A stretch of DNA of 63,102 bases, filler included, from Chiloscyllium plagiosum (Eukaryota), in assembly GCF_004010195.1 (NCBI RefSeq). It is 3 parts of one record of this genome, joined end to end, with 100 filler letters (N's around TTAATTAATTAA, not from the genome) between each part and the next. Parts side by side here need not be neighbours in the genome. Positions count along the whole stretch, not along the records: positions 1 to 18,866 come from NC_057714.1; positions 18,967 to 37,061 come from NC_057714.1; 1 more part is not named here. The stretch is one strand, 5' to 3'. The notes beneath the pieces were generated by a model, which was not told where the DNA came from, made no database searches, and worked only from the letters and a program-made list of their open reading frames with translations. Positions 12,644 through 25,059 of this stretch are shown piece by piece (position 1 is the stretch's first letter; the number at the start of each line of letters is the position of its first letter). A program made the position numbers and the translations under genes.

Positions 12644-13702
12644 GTGTCTCTTTTTCACTTTGTGATAAGGGGACGAGCAGGGATAGCAGTGCAGAGAGAG
12701 CAATGCTCCTCCTGCATGATGTTTGAGGTGAGGGATGCCATTAGTGTCCCATCCAAGTACATGTCGCTCCTCCAAGACAGTGTTAGGGAACTGGAGCGGG
12801 AGCTGGATGAACTTCAGATCATTTGGGAGGCAGAGGCTGTGATAGATAAGAGTTACAGCGAAGAAACTCTTAGGCACGGAGAAAGCTGGGTGACTGTTCG
12901 AAGGGGGAAAAAACAGTCAGTGGAGGAATCTCCTGTGGTCGTTCCTCTGAAAAACATGTATACTGTTTTGGATACTGTTGGGGGAGCGGACTTACCAGGG
13001 GCATGCAGTGGGGTCCAGGTCTCTGGCACAGAACCTGTCCCTGTTGCACAGAAGGGAAGGACGGAAAGGAGGAGAGTGCTAGTCATTGGGGACTCAATAG
13101 TTAGAGGCTCAGATAGAAGTTTTATAGGGAACGAACAAGACTCATGGTTGGTGTGTTGTCTCCCAGGTGTTAGGGTCCGTGATATCTCGGATTGTACCTT
13201 TGGAGTCCTGAAGGGAGAGGGTGACCATCCTCAAGTTGTTGTCCATGTAGGTACCAATGACATAGGTAGAAAGAGGGATAGGGATGTAAGGCAGCATTTC
13301 AGGGAGCGAGGGTGGAAGCTGAGAGCTAGAACAAACAGAGTTGCTATCTCTGGTTTGTTACCCGTGCCACGTGATAGTGAGGCAAGGAATAGGGAGAGAT
13401 ATCAGCTAAACACGTGGCTGCAGGGATGGTGCAGGAGGGAGGGTTTCAGGTACATGGATAATTGGGGCTCATTCTGGGGAAGGTGGGACCTCTACAAACA
13501 GGACAGTCTTCACTTGAACCAGAGGGATACTCATATCCTGGGTGGGAAATTTGCTGGTGCTGTTCGGGTGGGTTTAAACCAGCTCAGCAGGGGGATGGGA
13601 ACCGGAGGTGTAGTTGCAGTGCACAAGAGGATGAGAGTAGGAAGGACAGGGACAGCATTTCAGGGTCACAGGAATGTGCTGGCGGACAGCAAGCTAGTTT
13701 GA
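12644..13702 (+). CDS. CR1 ORF1p-like protein with SGNH/GDSL esterase-like domain (open frame; element inactive)
   Basis: 352-aa ORF with CSSC zinc-finger remnant, coiled coil (VRELERELDELQII), VLVIGDSIVRG, VVVHVGTNDIG and DSLHLN. Confidence 0.8.
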   Translation: MSLFHFVIRGRAGIAVQREQCSSCMMFEVRDAISVPSKYMSLLQDSVRELERELDELQIIWEAEAVIDKSYSEETLRHGESWVTVRRGKKQSVEESPVVVPLKNMYTVLDTVGGADLPGACSGVQVSGTEPVPVAQKGRTERRRVLVIGDSIVRGSDRSFIGNEQDSWLVCCLPGVRVRDISDCTFGVLKGEGDHPQVVVHVGTNDIGRKRDRDVRQHFRERGWKLRARTNRVAISGLLPVPRDSEARNRERYQLNTWLQGWCRREGFRYMDNWGSFWGRWDLYKQDSLHLNQRDTHILGGKFAGAVRVGLNQLSRGMGTGGVVAVHKRMRVGRTGTAFQGHRNVLADSKLV

Positions 13703-16370
13703 AGTGTGTCTACTTCAACGCCAGAAGTATCCGAAATAAGGTAGGTGAGCTTGCAGCATGGATAGGTATCTGGGACTTGGATGTTGTGGCCATTTTGTAG
13801 ACATGGATAGAGGAGGGTGAGGAATGGATGTTGCAGGTTCCAGGGTATAGATCTTTCATTAAGATCAGGCAAGGCAGTAAAAGAGGGGGAGGTGTAGCCT
13901 TGTTAGTCAAAGATAGTATAACAGTGACTGAAAGAACTTTTGACGAGGACTCGTCTACTGAGGTAGTATGGGCTGAGGTTAGAAACAGGAGAGGAGAGGT
14001 CACACTGCTGGGAGTTTGTTATAGGCCTCCGCAGAGTTCCAGGAAGGTGGAAGAGAGGATTAGCAAAATTATTCTGGGTGAAAGGAACAGGGTGGTCATT
14101 ATGGTGGACTTTAAATTCCCCAGCATTGACTAGAAATGCGATAACTCTAGTACGTTGGATGGATCAGTTTTTGTCCAATGTGTACAGGAGGGTTTCCTGA
14201 CATAGTATGTTGAAGGGGCGACAAGAGGGGAGGCCACACTGGATCTGGTGCTTGGTAATGAACCAGGCCAGGTGTTTGATTTAGTTGTAGGTGAGCACTT
14301 TGGACAGAGTGGCCATAATTCAGTTATGTTTAGTTTAGCGATGGAAAGGGATGGGTACATGGCACAGGTCAAGAGTTATTGGTGGGGCAGGAGCAATTAT
14401 AATGTGATTAGGCAAGAATTAGGACGCATAGAATGGGGTAGCAAAATGCAGGGGATACAGACAATGGAAATGTGGAGCTGGTTTAAGGAACAGATATTGC
14501 GTGTCCATTATAGGTATGTCTCTGTCAGGCAGGGAGGAAGTGATAAGGTAAGGTAACTACAGAAATTGCATCTCTTGTTAAGCAGAAGAAAAAGGCTTGT
14601 GTGTTGATGAGGCAAGGTGGTTCAGATGAGGCAATGGAGAGTTACAGATCAGCGAGGAAGGATTTAAAGAGAGAGTTAAGAAGACCAAAAAGATGACACG
14701 AGCAGTCTTTAGCAAATAGAATAAAGGAGAACCCTAAAGCTTTCTATAGGTATGTGAGGAATAAAAGGATGGTTAGGGTCAGTCAAAGACAAAAGTGGAA
14801 AATTGAGTGTGGACCCTGAGGAGATTGGAGAGGTGCTAAACCTCATCGGTTTTCTCTCAGGAAAAGGAGAATATTGTAGAGAAGAAGAATGAGGTATAAG
14901 ATATTAGATTAGAAAGGATCGAGGTTAGTTTTATCAATTCTCGAAGGAGTGGGCCAGATGGGAAGCTAAGGAGGAAATGGTGGAGCCTTTGGCTTTGATA
15001 TTTGAGTTGTCATTGTCTACAGGTTTAGTATCTGAGGACTGGAGGATTGCAAATGTTGCGCCCTTGTTCAGGAAAGGCAGCAGAGATGACCCAGGTAATT
15101 ATAGATCAGTGAGCCTTACTTCTGTTGTAGGAAAAGTTTTGGAAAGGATTATAAGAGATGAGATTTAGATCATCTAGCAAACAACAATTTGATTTCAGAT
15201 AGTCAACATGGTTTCGTCAAGGGCAGGTCGTGTCTCACAAACCTCATTGAGTTTTTTGAGAAGGTGACCGAGCATGTAGATGAGGGTAGGGCAGTTGACG
15301 TGGTATACATGGGCTTCAGTAAAGCCTTTGATATGGTAGGCTGTTGAAGAAAATGCAGAGGCATGGGATTGAGGGTGATTTAGCAGTTTGGATTAGAAAC
15401 TGGCTTTCTGAAAGAAGGCAGCGATGGTGGTTGATGGAAAATATTCAGCCTGGAGTCCAGTTACTAGTGGTGTTCCACAAGGATCTGTTTTGGGACCACT
15501 GCTGTTTGTCATTTTTATAAATGACTTAGACGCAGGCATAGGTGGATGGATTAGTAAATTTGCAGATGACACTAAAGTTGGTGGAGCAGTGGACAGTTTG
15601 GAAGAATATTATCGGTTGCAGGGGGACTTGGATAAACTGCAGAATTGGGCTGAGATGTGCCAAATGGAGTTCAATGCAGATAAAATGTGAGGTGATTCAC
15701 TTTGGGAAGAATGACAGGAAGGCAGAATACTGGGTCAATGGAAAGATTCTTGGTAGTGTGGATGCGCAGAGGGATCTTGGAGTCCATGTACATAGATCCC
15801 TAAAAGTTGCCACCCATGTGGATAGTGCTGTTAAGAAGGCATATGGTGTGTTAGGTTTCATTCTTAGAGGGATTGACTTCTGGAGCCGCATTATCATATT
15901 GCAACTATACAAAACGCTAATGTGGCCGCACTTGGAATATTGTGTACAGTTCTGTCGTCATATTTCGGGAAGGATGTGGTAGCATTGAAAAAGGTGCAGA
16001 AGAGATTTACAGGATGTTGCCTGGTCTGGAGGGAAGGTCTTATGAGGAAAAACTGAGAGACTTGCGTCTGTTCTTATTGGAAAGAAGAAGGCTAAGGAGG
16101 GATTTGATAGAGACATACAAGATGACCAGAGGATTAGATAGGGTAGACAGTGAAAGTCTTTTTCCTCGGATGATGACGTCAGCTTGTACGAGGGGGCATA
16201 ACTACAAATTGAGGGGTGATAGATTTAAGACAGATGTCAGAGGCAGGTTCTTTAGGCAGAGAGTGGTAAGGGCGTGGAATGCCCTACCTGCCAATGTAGT
16301 TAACTCAGACACATTAGGGAGATTTAAACAATCTTTGGATGAGCACATGGATGATGATGGGATAGTGTAG
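13700..16370 (+). pseudogene. CR1 ORF2 (APE endonuclease plus reverse transcriptase), fragmented
   Basis: Split over ORFs 13462, 13828, 14248, 14977, 15424, 15542 and 15942 by stops and frameshifts. Confidence 0.9.
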
Positions 16371-16889
16371 GGGGGGCGAGCTGAGAATAATTCATTGAGG
16401 CGCAACATCGAGGGCCGAAGGGCCTGTTCTGCCCTGTATTGTTCTATGTTCTATAAAAGCCCCACTGCTCCATATCACATCTGAATGAAAGACTTCAGCA
16501 TTGAGTGCTCTCTCTCCCTTGTTGGTCTTTCTACGAGCTCTTGCCGACTACTTGCTTGTTCAAGCACTTGCAGCTGCCAACTCTCTGTCTGAGTTCTTAA
16601 AGGAGCAAGTTCTGGAAACTCACTTAACTTTGAGAAAGAGAAAATAGGAGCTCGAGTAGGCTATTTGGTCCATCCAGCCTGCTCCAGCATTCAACATGTC
16701 ATTGCAATAGCAGGTTCCTACTCTGTCCCCATCCCCTTGACCCCTTTAGCTTTTAGAAATCAGTGCAGTTCTGCACCACGTTTAGCCAGTGATTTCACCT
16801 TCTGTGGGACAGACAGAATTCCGCAGGGTGAACCTCACTCTGTTGGATTCTGGGAGTTTGTGATCACAATTACCTCACATCAATAGCTA

Positions 16890-17240
16890 GTTCCATAGAA
16901 TCCTTACACTATGGAAACAGATCCTTCAGCCCAACAAGTCCACACCAAATCTCCTTAAAGTAACCCACTCAGACTCATTCCCCTACCCTATTATCCTACA
17001 TTTACCCTTGACTGGTGCACCCAACATACACGTCCCTGAAGACAATGGGCAATTTAGCACGGCCAATTCACCTGTCCTGCACATCTTTGGATTGTGGGAA
17101 GAAACCAGAGCACCCGGAGGAAACCCCATGCAGACACAGGGAGAATGTGCAAACGCCAGATAGACAGACACACCCAAGGCTGGATTCTAACCCAGATCCC
17201 TGGTGCTGTGAGCTGGCAGTGCTAACCACTGAGCCACCGT
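16890..17240 (-). mobile_element. HE1-type V-SINE
   Basis: Reverse strand reads ggtggctcagtggttagcactgcc, followed by V-domain and tail. Confidence 0.85.
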
Positions 17241-17502
17241 CCTGCTCTATTTTAAAGTGGTTCATTCAGTTTGTCAAGAAGCAGCAGGTTAGATAGGAAG
17301 CATCACTAACTCAGGCAAAAGGCAGGAAATATGCAACCCCAGGATAGGTCAGAATGCTTTACTGATCCGAAAGCTGCTCTATGGAATGAAGTAGTAGAGG
17401 AGATGGTCCCGTAAAGATTTGGAGTGGTGCAGCATCCCCCCTCCCAGCTCTGATGGTCCACAGTCTTCAGTACTAGTCTCTGGTGGTAATGGTCTTTAGT
17501 CC

Positions 17503-17598
17503 ATTTCTGATGAAGGGCTTTTGCCTGAAACATCGATTTTCCTGCTCCTCGGATACTGCCTGACCTACTGTGCTTTGCCAGCACCACTCTAATCTAGA
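17503..17598 (+). mobile_element. PLE pLTR fragment with hammerhead core
   Basis: ctgatga a gggc tttt gcct gaaac atc followed by the pLTR body. Confidence 0.75.
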
Positions 17599-18079
17599 CC
17601 CTTGATGTAGGGGACTCCTGACCTTCTCTGAAGAAGATGGTGTTTCCCGTGTACCCTCGCTGTCTCTCCCCCTTCCCATCTTCCCCTTTGATAACATGAC
17701 CTTCTCCTTTAGTATATTGGCATGGAGATGATCAGGTCCTGGGGATTCATTGGCTTTCAGTTCCCTTTATTTCTTCCGCTCTATATTGTAACTAATCTCC
17801 TTCAATTCCTCCTTCCCAAAAGAGCCGAACACTTCTGGGAATTATTTGTGTGTTCTTCTGTGAAGAGAGAACAAAAGTTGCTGTTTAATTTCTTGCATTC
17901 TCTTACTCTCCATAATCAAATCCTCTGTTTAAGATTGTAATTCCAATATTTGTGTTCAATAATCATCTTCCTTTTACATATTAATAGAAGCTCTTACAGT
18001 CTGCTTTTGTTTTCCTCGCAAGTTTACTCTCACACTTTGTTTTTCCCCGTTCAGTTACCTATTGGCCCTTCTTCACCAA

Positions 18080-18610
18080 CTTTGAAACTGTTCAAATTCC
18101 GAAGGCTTACTACTTTTTCCAGCAACTTTGTATGACTTCTCAGAGCCAAGACAAAAGTATGCATGGCATTCATCAGGGACATGCTATTTGCTGATGATGC
18201 TGCAGTTGCTACACGCACCCAGCAGGAACTCCAGTTACAGATAGACAACCTCTCTCATGCTTGCAAGGATTTTGGGCTGACTATCAGTCTGAAGAAGTCG
18301 AGCTTCCTGGGGCAGGACACAGAGGCACCACCAGTCATCCCCATCGATGCCTACAAACGCAATGTTGTCCAGCAGTTTACGTGCCATCACTGACAACCTC
18401 TCCTTGGACACAGAGATCAACAAGAAGATCGGGGAAGCATCCTCAACTCTTACTCCCTTCACGACACGAGTATGGACAAATTCCAAGCTGACAGTGAAGA
18501 TAAAAATGTCAGTCTACAATGCCTGCATCATGAGTACACTGCTGTACGGCAGTGAAACGTGGACCACATACACCAGACAGGAGAGACTACAGAGCACCTT
18601 CCACTTAGAA
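18080..18610 (+). mobile_element. RTE-clade (BovB-like) LINE RT fragment
   Basis: IRDMLFADDAAVATRTQQELQLQIDNLSHACKDFGLTISLKK and VYNACIMSTLLYGSETWT. Confidence 0.85.
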
Positions 18611-18684
18611 TCATAGAGGTGTACAGATGTATAGCATGGAAACAGACCATTCCGTCCAACCCATCCATGCTGAGCAGATATAGT

Positions 18685-18866
18685 AAAAACAACAAATGCA
18701 GATGCTGGAAACCAGATTTTGGATTAGAGTGGTGCTGGAAAAGCACAGCAATTCAGGCAGCATCCGAGGAGCAGGAAAATCAATGTTTCGGGCAAAAGCC
18801 ATTCATTAGGAATAGAGGCAGAGTGCCTGCAGGGTGGAGAGATAAATGAGAGGAGGGTGGGGGTGG
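18685..18866 (-). mobile_element. PLE 3' terminus / pLTR (ends at a gap)
   Basis: tgcagatgctgg...gctggaaaagcacagc...gtttcgggcaaaagcc; the hammerhead is degenerate. Confidence 0.75.
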
Positions 18867-18966
18867 NNNNNNNNNNNNNNNNNNNNNNNNNNNNNNNNNN
18901 NNNNNNNNNNTTAATTAATTAANNNNNNNNNNNNNNNNNNNNNNNNNNNNNNNNNNNNNNNNNNNN
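18867..18966. other. 100-bp scaffold gap with artificial TTAATTAATTAA spacer
   Basis: 44 N + ttaattaattaa (18911-18922) + 44 N. An identical structure occurs at 37062-37161. Confidence 0.9.
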
Positions 18967-19484
18967 TAATTTCATACTTGAGTACTTGGCAATAAAATCA
19001 AAATCAAAATCAAAAGTTAGTCACCTGACAGCTTTGCAAAGAATTTTTTTTATTCCCTCATGGGATGTGGGCATCGCTGGCTGGGCCCAGCGTTTATTGC
19101 CCGTCCCTAGTTGCCCCCTTGAGAAGGTGGGGGTGAGCTGCCTTCTTGAACCGCTGCAGTCCGCCTGCTGTGGGTTGACCCACAATGCCCTGAGGGAGGG
19201 GATTCCAGGATTTTGACCCAGCGACAGTGAAGGAACGGCGATATATCTCCAAGTCAGGATGGTGAGGGACTTGCAGGGGGTGGTGTTCCAGTGTATCTGC
19301 TGCCCTTGTCCTTCTAGATGGAAGTGGTCATGGGTTTGGAAGGTGCTGTCTGAGGATCTTTGGTGAATTTCTGCAGTGCATCTTGTAGATAGTACACACT
19401 GCTGCTTCTGAGCGTCGGTGGGGGAGGGAGTGGATGCTTGTGGATGTGGTACCAATCAAGCGGGCTGCTTTGTCCTGGGTGATG

Positions 19485-20110
19485 TGTTATGGACTAAGCC
19501 AGACCACTCAAAATATTCTTAAGCAGGCAGCCCAGACGGTAACTTTGCTACTTGTTTCAGTATGTGTACAGTGAAAATTACCCGGAGTAAGTTAACTAGG
19601 TTGACTACCAGGTTTTAAAACAGATAAAAATGTATTCACAAAATTACGGAATGAAACACAAAAAACAAAATATAAAATACCTATAGAACTCAGTTTATCC
19701 AAATCAGACTTAATCATGCTGTTCAGAATATACACAACAGTCCCAATAAACAAACCCCTTTAAACACAGCAGAAATTAAACAGAGGTTTACAGGTTGAAG
19801 TTAGAAGGGCAGAAGGAGAGAGAGTTCAGCAGTCTGTTTCCACACCGCTTCTGCTGCACTGAACTGCTCAGCGAGACAGCTGGCCACACCCCCTTGACTT
19901 ATAAAGGTTACTCCTAATATATAAAAGCTTTGGCCTAAAGTCTCATCTGTTTACATATAAACAAAAAGGCCTCTCAGTAAATCCTTTCGTCTCTTTACCA
20001 AACCCAGCCGTTTCAGAGCCCGAGCTGTTTCACAAACCCTCTGAAAGAACTAGGAACACTGTATCCTTGAGAAAAGGAACAGCTTTTAGAAAAAGGACCA
20101 GCTTTGTGAC
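19485..20110. mobile_element. Probable solo LTR (second LTR family)
   Basis: Starts tgttatgg and ends ctttgtgac(t), non-coding, interrupting the LINE. Related termini occur at 36392 (+) and about 22315 (reverse). Confidence 0.55.
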
Positions 20111-20211
20111 TGGTGTCAATCTTCTTGAGTGTTGTTAGAGCTGCACCCATCCAGGCAAGTGGGGAGTATTCCATCACACTCCTGACTTGTGCCTTGTAGA
20201 TGGTGGATAGG

Positions 20212-21323
20212 CATAAAGGTGGTTTAGCGGTTTGGATCAGAAATGGGCTAGCTGAAAGAAGACAGAGGGTGGTGGTTGATGGGAAATGCTCATCCTGGAG
20301 CTCAGTTACCAGTGGTGTGCAGCAAGGATCTGTTTGTGGACCACTGCTGTTTGTCATTTTTATAAATGATCTGGATGTGGGCGTAAAAGGATGGGTTAGT
20401 AAATTTGCGGAAGACACTAAGGTAGGCAGAGTTGTGGATACTGCTGAAGGATGTTGTGGGTTACAAAGAGATATAGATAAGATGCAGAGCTGGGCTGAGA
20501 AGTCGCAAATGGAGTTTAATTTGGAAAAGTGTGAGGTAGTTCACTTCAGAAGAAGTAACAGGAATGCAGAGTACTGGACTAATGGTAAAATTTTTGGCAG
20601 TGTAGATGAACAGAGGGATCTTGGTGTCCAGAGGCATAAATCCCTGAAATTTGCCACCCAGGTTGATAGGGTTGTTAAGAAGGCATCTAGTGCTTTGGCA
20701 TTTATTGGTGGGGGGATTGAGTTTCAGAGCCACAAGGTCATGCTTCAGCTGTACAAGACACTGGTGTGGCCGCACCTGAAGTATTGTGTGCAGTTCTGGT
20801 CACCGCATTATAGGAAGGATGTGGAAGCTTTGGAAAGGGTTCAGAGGAGATTTACTAGGATGTTGCCTGGTACACAAGGAAGGTCTTATAAGGAAAGGCT
20901 GAGGGAACTGAGGCTGTTTTCACTGGAGACAAGAAGGTTGTGAAGTGACTTAATCGAGATGTATAAGATAATCAGAGGGTTAGATAGGGTGGACAGAGAG
21001 AGCCTTTTTCCTCGGATGGTGAAGGCTAACACGAGGGGACATAGCTTTAAATTGAAGCGTGTTAGATTTAGGACAGATATCAGGGGTAGTTTCTTTACTC
21101 AGAGAGTAGTCGAGGCATGGAGCGGCCTGCCTGCAACAGTAGGGGACTTGCAGATGTTAAGGGCATTTAAATGGTCATTGGACATAGATATGGATGAAAA
21201 TGGAACGGTGTAGATTAGATGGGCATCAGATTAATTTCACAGGTCAGCGCAACATTGAGGGCTGAAGGGCGTGTACTGCGCTGTGATGTTTTATGTCCTA
21301 TGGTCTATGTTCTATGTTCTATG
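20212..21323 (+). mobile_element. CR1 LINE 3' portion
   Basis: [27 protein letters not shown] and a (ttctatg)n tail. Confidence 0.95.
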
Positions 21324-22429
21324 ATTTGGGGAGTCAGGAGGTGAGTTATTTGCTGCAGTAATCCTAACCTCTGCCCTGCTCTTGTAGTCATTCTGTTTGC
21401 ATGGTGAGTCTAGTTGAGTTTTTGGTCAATACTAACACTCACGATGTTGATCATATGACCACAAGGCCATAAGAAATAGGGACAGGAGTAGGCCATTCAG
21501 CCCCTCAAGCCTGCTCATCATTCAATAGGATCTTGGCTGATTTGACTTTCCTTCTCTCTCCCTGTAACCCTTGATTCTATCTCATCCTTAAATGTACAAT
21601 GGTACTCTGCCTCTACAGCTCTCTCTGGCAAGGAGTTCCAAAGGCTCACAACCCCCTGAGAGAGGAAATTCCTCCTCATCTCAGTCTTAAATTGGTGCCC
21701 CTTTATTCTGAGACTATACCCTCTGGTCTTTGACTCTCTCACAGGGGGAGGGGGGAACATCCTTTCAGTAGCTTCCCTGTCAAACATCTTAACTAGTCCT
21801 CCTCGGATGCTGCCAGACCTGCTGTGCTTTTCCAGTGCCACAGTCCTCATCTGCAGTCCTCACTCTCTCCAAGCCTTTGAATTAGCTTCATCCACCCAAA
21901 CCTGAAAGTCCCTGAATGCCATGGGACCAATCCACCCTAACCCGCACATCCTCTGACTGCAGGAGGAAACTGGGCTATCATCAGTTCTGCGGAAGGGTCA
22001 GTGGACCCGACATGTTAATTTCTATTTCTCTCCACAGGTGCTGCCAGACCTGCTGAGCTTTTCCAACAATTCCTGTTTTCAAATCCATTATTCTGCTCAG
22101 TTTTCCAATAGAGTTAAGTCATTCCAATTTTCCTTTGTTTGGTGTATGTTAACTGTAGGGCAAGAATAAAGTGAGTTTTGCTTCAAGCCAAGTAGTGTAA
22201 CCAATCATGTTACATCTGGAACACAGCACCTTACAGTTGCCTTTAAATAAGATAAAAGCTAGGGCCTAGGCTATTTCTTTGATGCATTTGAAGAGAGTTT
22301 GGTCTAATCCATAACAACACAGACAGTCACCCAAGGCTGGAATCAAACCCAGGTCCCTGGTACTCTGAAGCAGTAACACTAACCATGTTACCCAGAGCAA
22401 GCCTGTTGAAGCTTGACTACTCCTGGAAT

Positions 22430-22660
22430 GAATGTAGGAAACACAGCAACCAATTTACCTACAGTCCGCTCCACCCACAGTCCGCTCCACCAAGCAGCAA
22501 GGTGGTAATCAGCAAATAATTTACTTCTCGTGATCTTGTTTAAATAATAAACGTTGTTCAGGGTACTAGGGAGAAGGGTCCTTTGTCAGAGAGAGCAGGG
22601 ATGGCTTGGGTTTATTGCTGCATCTGAAAGATAGAACCTCCAGCAAATGTTGCACTTATA
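22430..22660 (-). mobile_element. Deu-domain SINE remnant (AmnSINE1/SacSINE1-like)
   Basis: The reverse strand resembles the Deu core (ggaggttctatctttcagatgcagcaataaaccc...aaattggttgctgtgtttcc). Family name recalled, not searched. Confidence 0.5.
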
Positions 22661-23022
22661 ACATTGCAAGACATCAGAACAGGACGAGACCATTCAGCCC
22701 GTTGAGGCTGTCCCACCATTCAATGAGATCAGGGCTGATCTGATAATCCTCAACTCCACCTTCCTGCCTTTTCCCCATAACCCTCCATTCCTTTCTTGAT
22801 TGAAAATCTCAGCCTTGAATATCCCTCAGTGACCCAGCCTCGACAGCTCTCTGTGATCACGAATGCCACAGATGCACTCCCCTCTGAGAGAAGAAATTCA
22901 TCTTTACCTGTGCCTTAAACTGGTGCCCCTTTACTCTGAGACTGTGCCCTCTGGTCCTAGACTCTCCCGTGAGGTGAAACAACCTCTCCACATCCACCCT
23001 GTCAAGGTCCCTATGAATCTTA

Positions 23023-23290
23023 GGGGTGGCTCAGTGGTTAGCACTGCTGCCTCATAGCGCCAGGGACCTGAGTTCGATTCCCACCCTGGGTGACTGTCTC
23101 TGTGGGGTTTACACATGCACCCCATGTCTGTGTGGGGTTTACACATGCACCCCCATGCCTGTGTGGTTTCCTCCAGATGCTCCAGTTATCTCCCACTAGC
23201 CAAAGATGGGAAATGCAGAGATAGGATTGGTCTGGGTGGGATGCTCTTCAGAGGGGTAGTATGGGGTAATGGCCTGTTCCATACTGTAGG
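23023..23290 (+). mobile_element. HE1-type V-SINE with an internal tandem duplication
   Basis: ggtggctcagtggttagcactgctgcctc; the unit tgtggggtttacacatgcacccc appears twice. Confidence 0.8.
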
Positions 23291-23979
23291 GGTTCTTGTA
23301 TATTTCAATAGGGCCACCTCTCATTATTTCCAATTTACTCTACCTCTCCTCACAAGACTCTACTTCTATACGTGAGGTCAACTACTGAACTGCCTCCAAT
23401 GCCAGTCCACCTTTCCTTAGCTCAGGAGTCAGACTGTGGTCTGACTAGTGTTTTGTAGAGTTTTAGCAAAAGCCTCATGACTTTTAAATTCCATTAACAG
23501 AATCATAGGATCCCTACAGTGCAGTTCGAGGCCATTTGGCCCATTAGTCTGCATTGATCCTCCAAAGAGCGTCCCACCCTATCCCCATATTTCCCGTGGC
23601 TAATCCACCTAGCCTGCACATCCCTGGACATATACGGGGCAGTTTAGATGGTGGGAGGAAATTAGTTTATCCGGAGGAGACCCATGCAGACCTGGGTTGC
23701 AAATGCCACACAGCCAGTCACTCACCTCCCACTCCCCTCAGTGTATACTGTGCAATGGGATGATGATGATCTGGCACAGAACCTCAGTTTGTGCTGACTG
23801 CCATAATTGCACAGAACCATGGCTTGGAAACTGTCTTACGGCCCATTGTAAGCAGGCTGGTCAAAAACAGCTGTCTGACAGCACTAATCCCATCTTGCAG
23901 CAGTTGGCCCAGAGCCTTGTGTGCCAATGCTTGTTGTGCTCAGTGGTGACCAGCTGCACACAAGGGAATTCTGCTGTGT

Positions 23980-24603
23980 GGATGTGTGTGTGTGAGTGTG
24001 TGTGCGTGAGTGTGTGTGTGTAAGCGTGTGTGTGCCTGTGTGAGTGTGTGCATGTGTTTGTGTGTGTGTGAGTGGGTGTGTAAGCATGTGTCGGTCTCAG
24101 TGTGCGTGTGTATGCATGTGTGTGTGAGACAGAGTGTGCTTATGTGTGTGTGATTGTGTGCGTATGTGTATGTCTGTGTCTTTGTGCATGTCTGTGTGTG
24201 TATAAATGAATGTGTGTACATGTGTTGGTGTGCATGTGTGGGTCTGTGTCTGTCTGCATGTATTTATATCTGTATGTGTGTGTGCATGTGTTTATATCTG
24301 TATGTGTGTGTGTTCGCATGTTTTTATATCTGTATGTCTGTGCATGTGTNNNNNNNNNNNNNNNNNNNNNNNNNNNNNNNNNNNNNNNNNNNNNNNNNNN
24401 NNNNNNNNNNNNNNNNNNNNNNNNNNNNNNNNNNNNNNNNNNNNNNNNNNNNNNNNNNNNNNNNNNNNNNNNNNNNNNNNNNNNNNNNNNNNNNNNNNNN
24501 NNNNNNNNNNNNNNNNNNNNNNNNNNNNNNNNNNTATGTGTGTATGTGTGTGTGTCTCTATGTGTGTGTGAGTGCGTGTGTGTGCATGTGTGTGTGTGTG
24601 TGG
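23980..24603. repeat. Degenerate (TG)n microsatellite spanning an N gap
   Basis: Visible directly. Confidence 0.95.
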
Positions 24604-25059
24604 TAATGCCTGGACCTCCAGCTGAAACCCATCCCTGTGTCTGACCACACCAGAGGCAAGAAAGCTATTGTAATTAATCCTGGCAACTCACTCACCCTCC
24701 CAACCATTGGCTCAGTCTGAAAGAGGCAGTAAGGAAACTAACATCCAGCTATTTCTGGTACACTTTCTAAAAGAAAACTAGCTTATCAGTGACCCTGAGC
24801 TCTTCACCAAAGACCAAGTTCCCTCGCTATATCTACACTGACGCCATTTAGCAATGAGCAGACAGCAGAGCTGACATCGAAAATATCGCATTCGATAAAT
24901 CTCGAATCTGCAGCCAAGATAAACAGCGCAGGCCTTCAGTACGATAAGAAGAGTCATTGCTGGCGTGTAGAAGAGGGAAAGGGTTGAACAACAGCAATCA
25001 GGGCTGGGGGAATCAGTAAGTGAACACTGAGAGTTCCCCTTCAGAGATGCAATTGTTGC

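Larger units (their letters stand above)
12400..16455 (+). mobile_element. Near full-length CR1 LINE (5' UTR, ORF1, disrupted ORF2, (ttctatg)n tail)
   Basis: ORF1, then EN motifs (YFNARSIRNK, GGGVALLV, YRPP) and RT motifs ([24 protein letters not shown]), ending gtattgttctatgttctat. Confidence 0.95.
19045..21455 (-). mobile_element. CR1/L2-group (Zenon-like) LINE 3' portion hosting a solo LTR and a CR1 insertion
   Basis: STIYKAQVRSVMEYSPLAWMGAALTTLKKIDT on the minus strand, 3' tail gggcaataaacgctgggcccagccagcgatgcccacatcccatgag. The host sequence resumes at about 20111 and 21324. Confidence 0.75.

Noticed and set aside
18911..18922. TTAATTAATTAA island within Ns (also at 37106-37117)
   Set aside because: The identical 44N+12+44N layout and stops in all six frames indicate an artificial scaffolding spacer.
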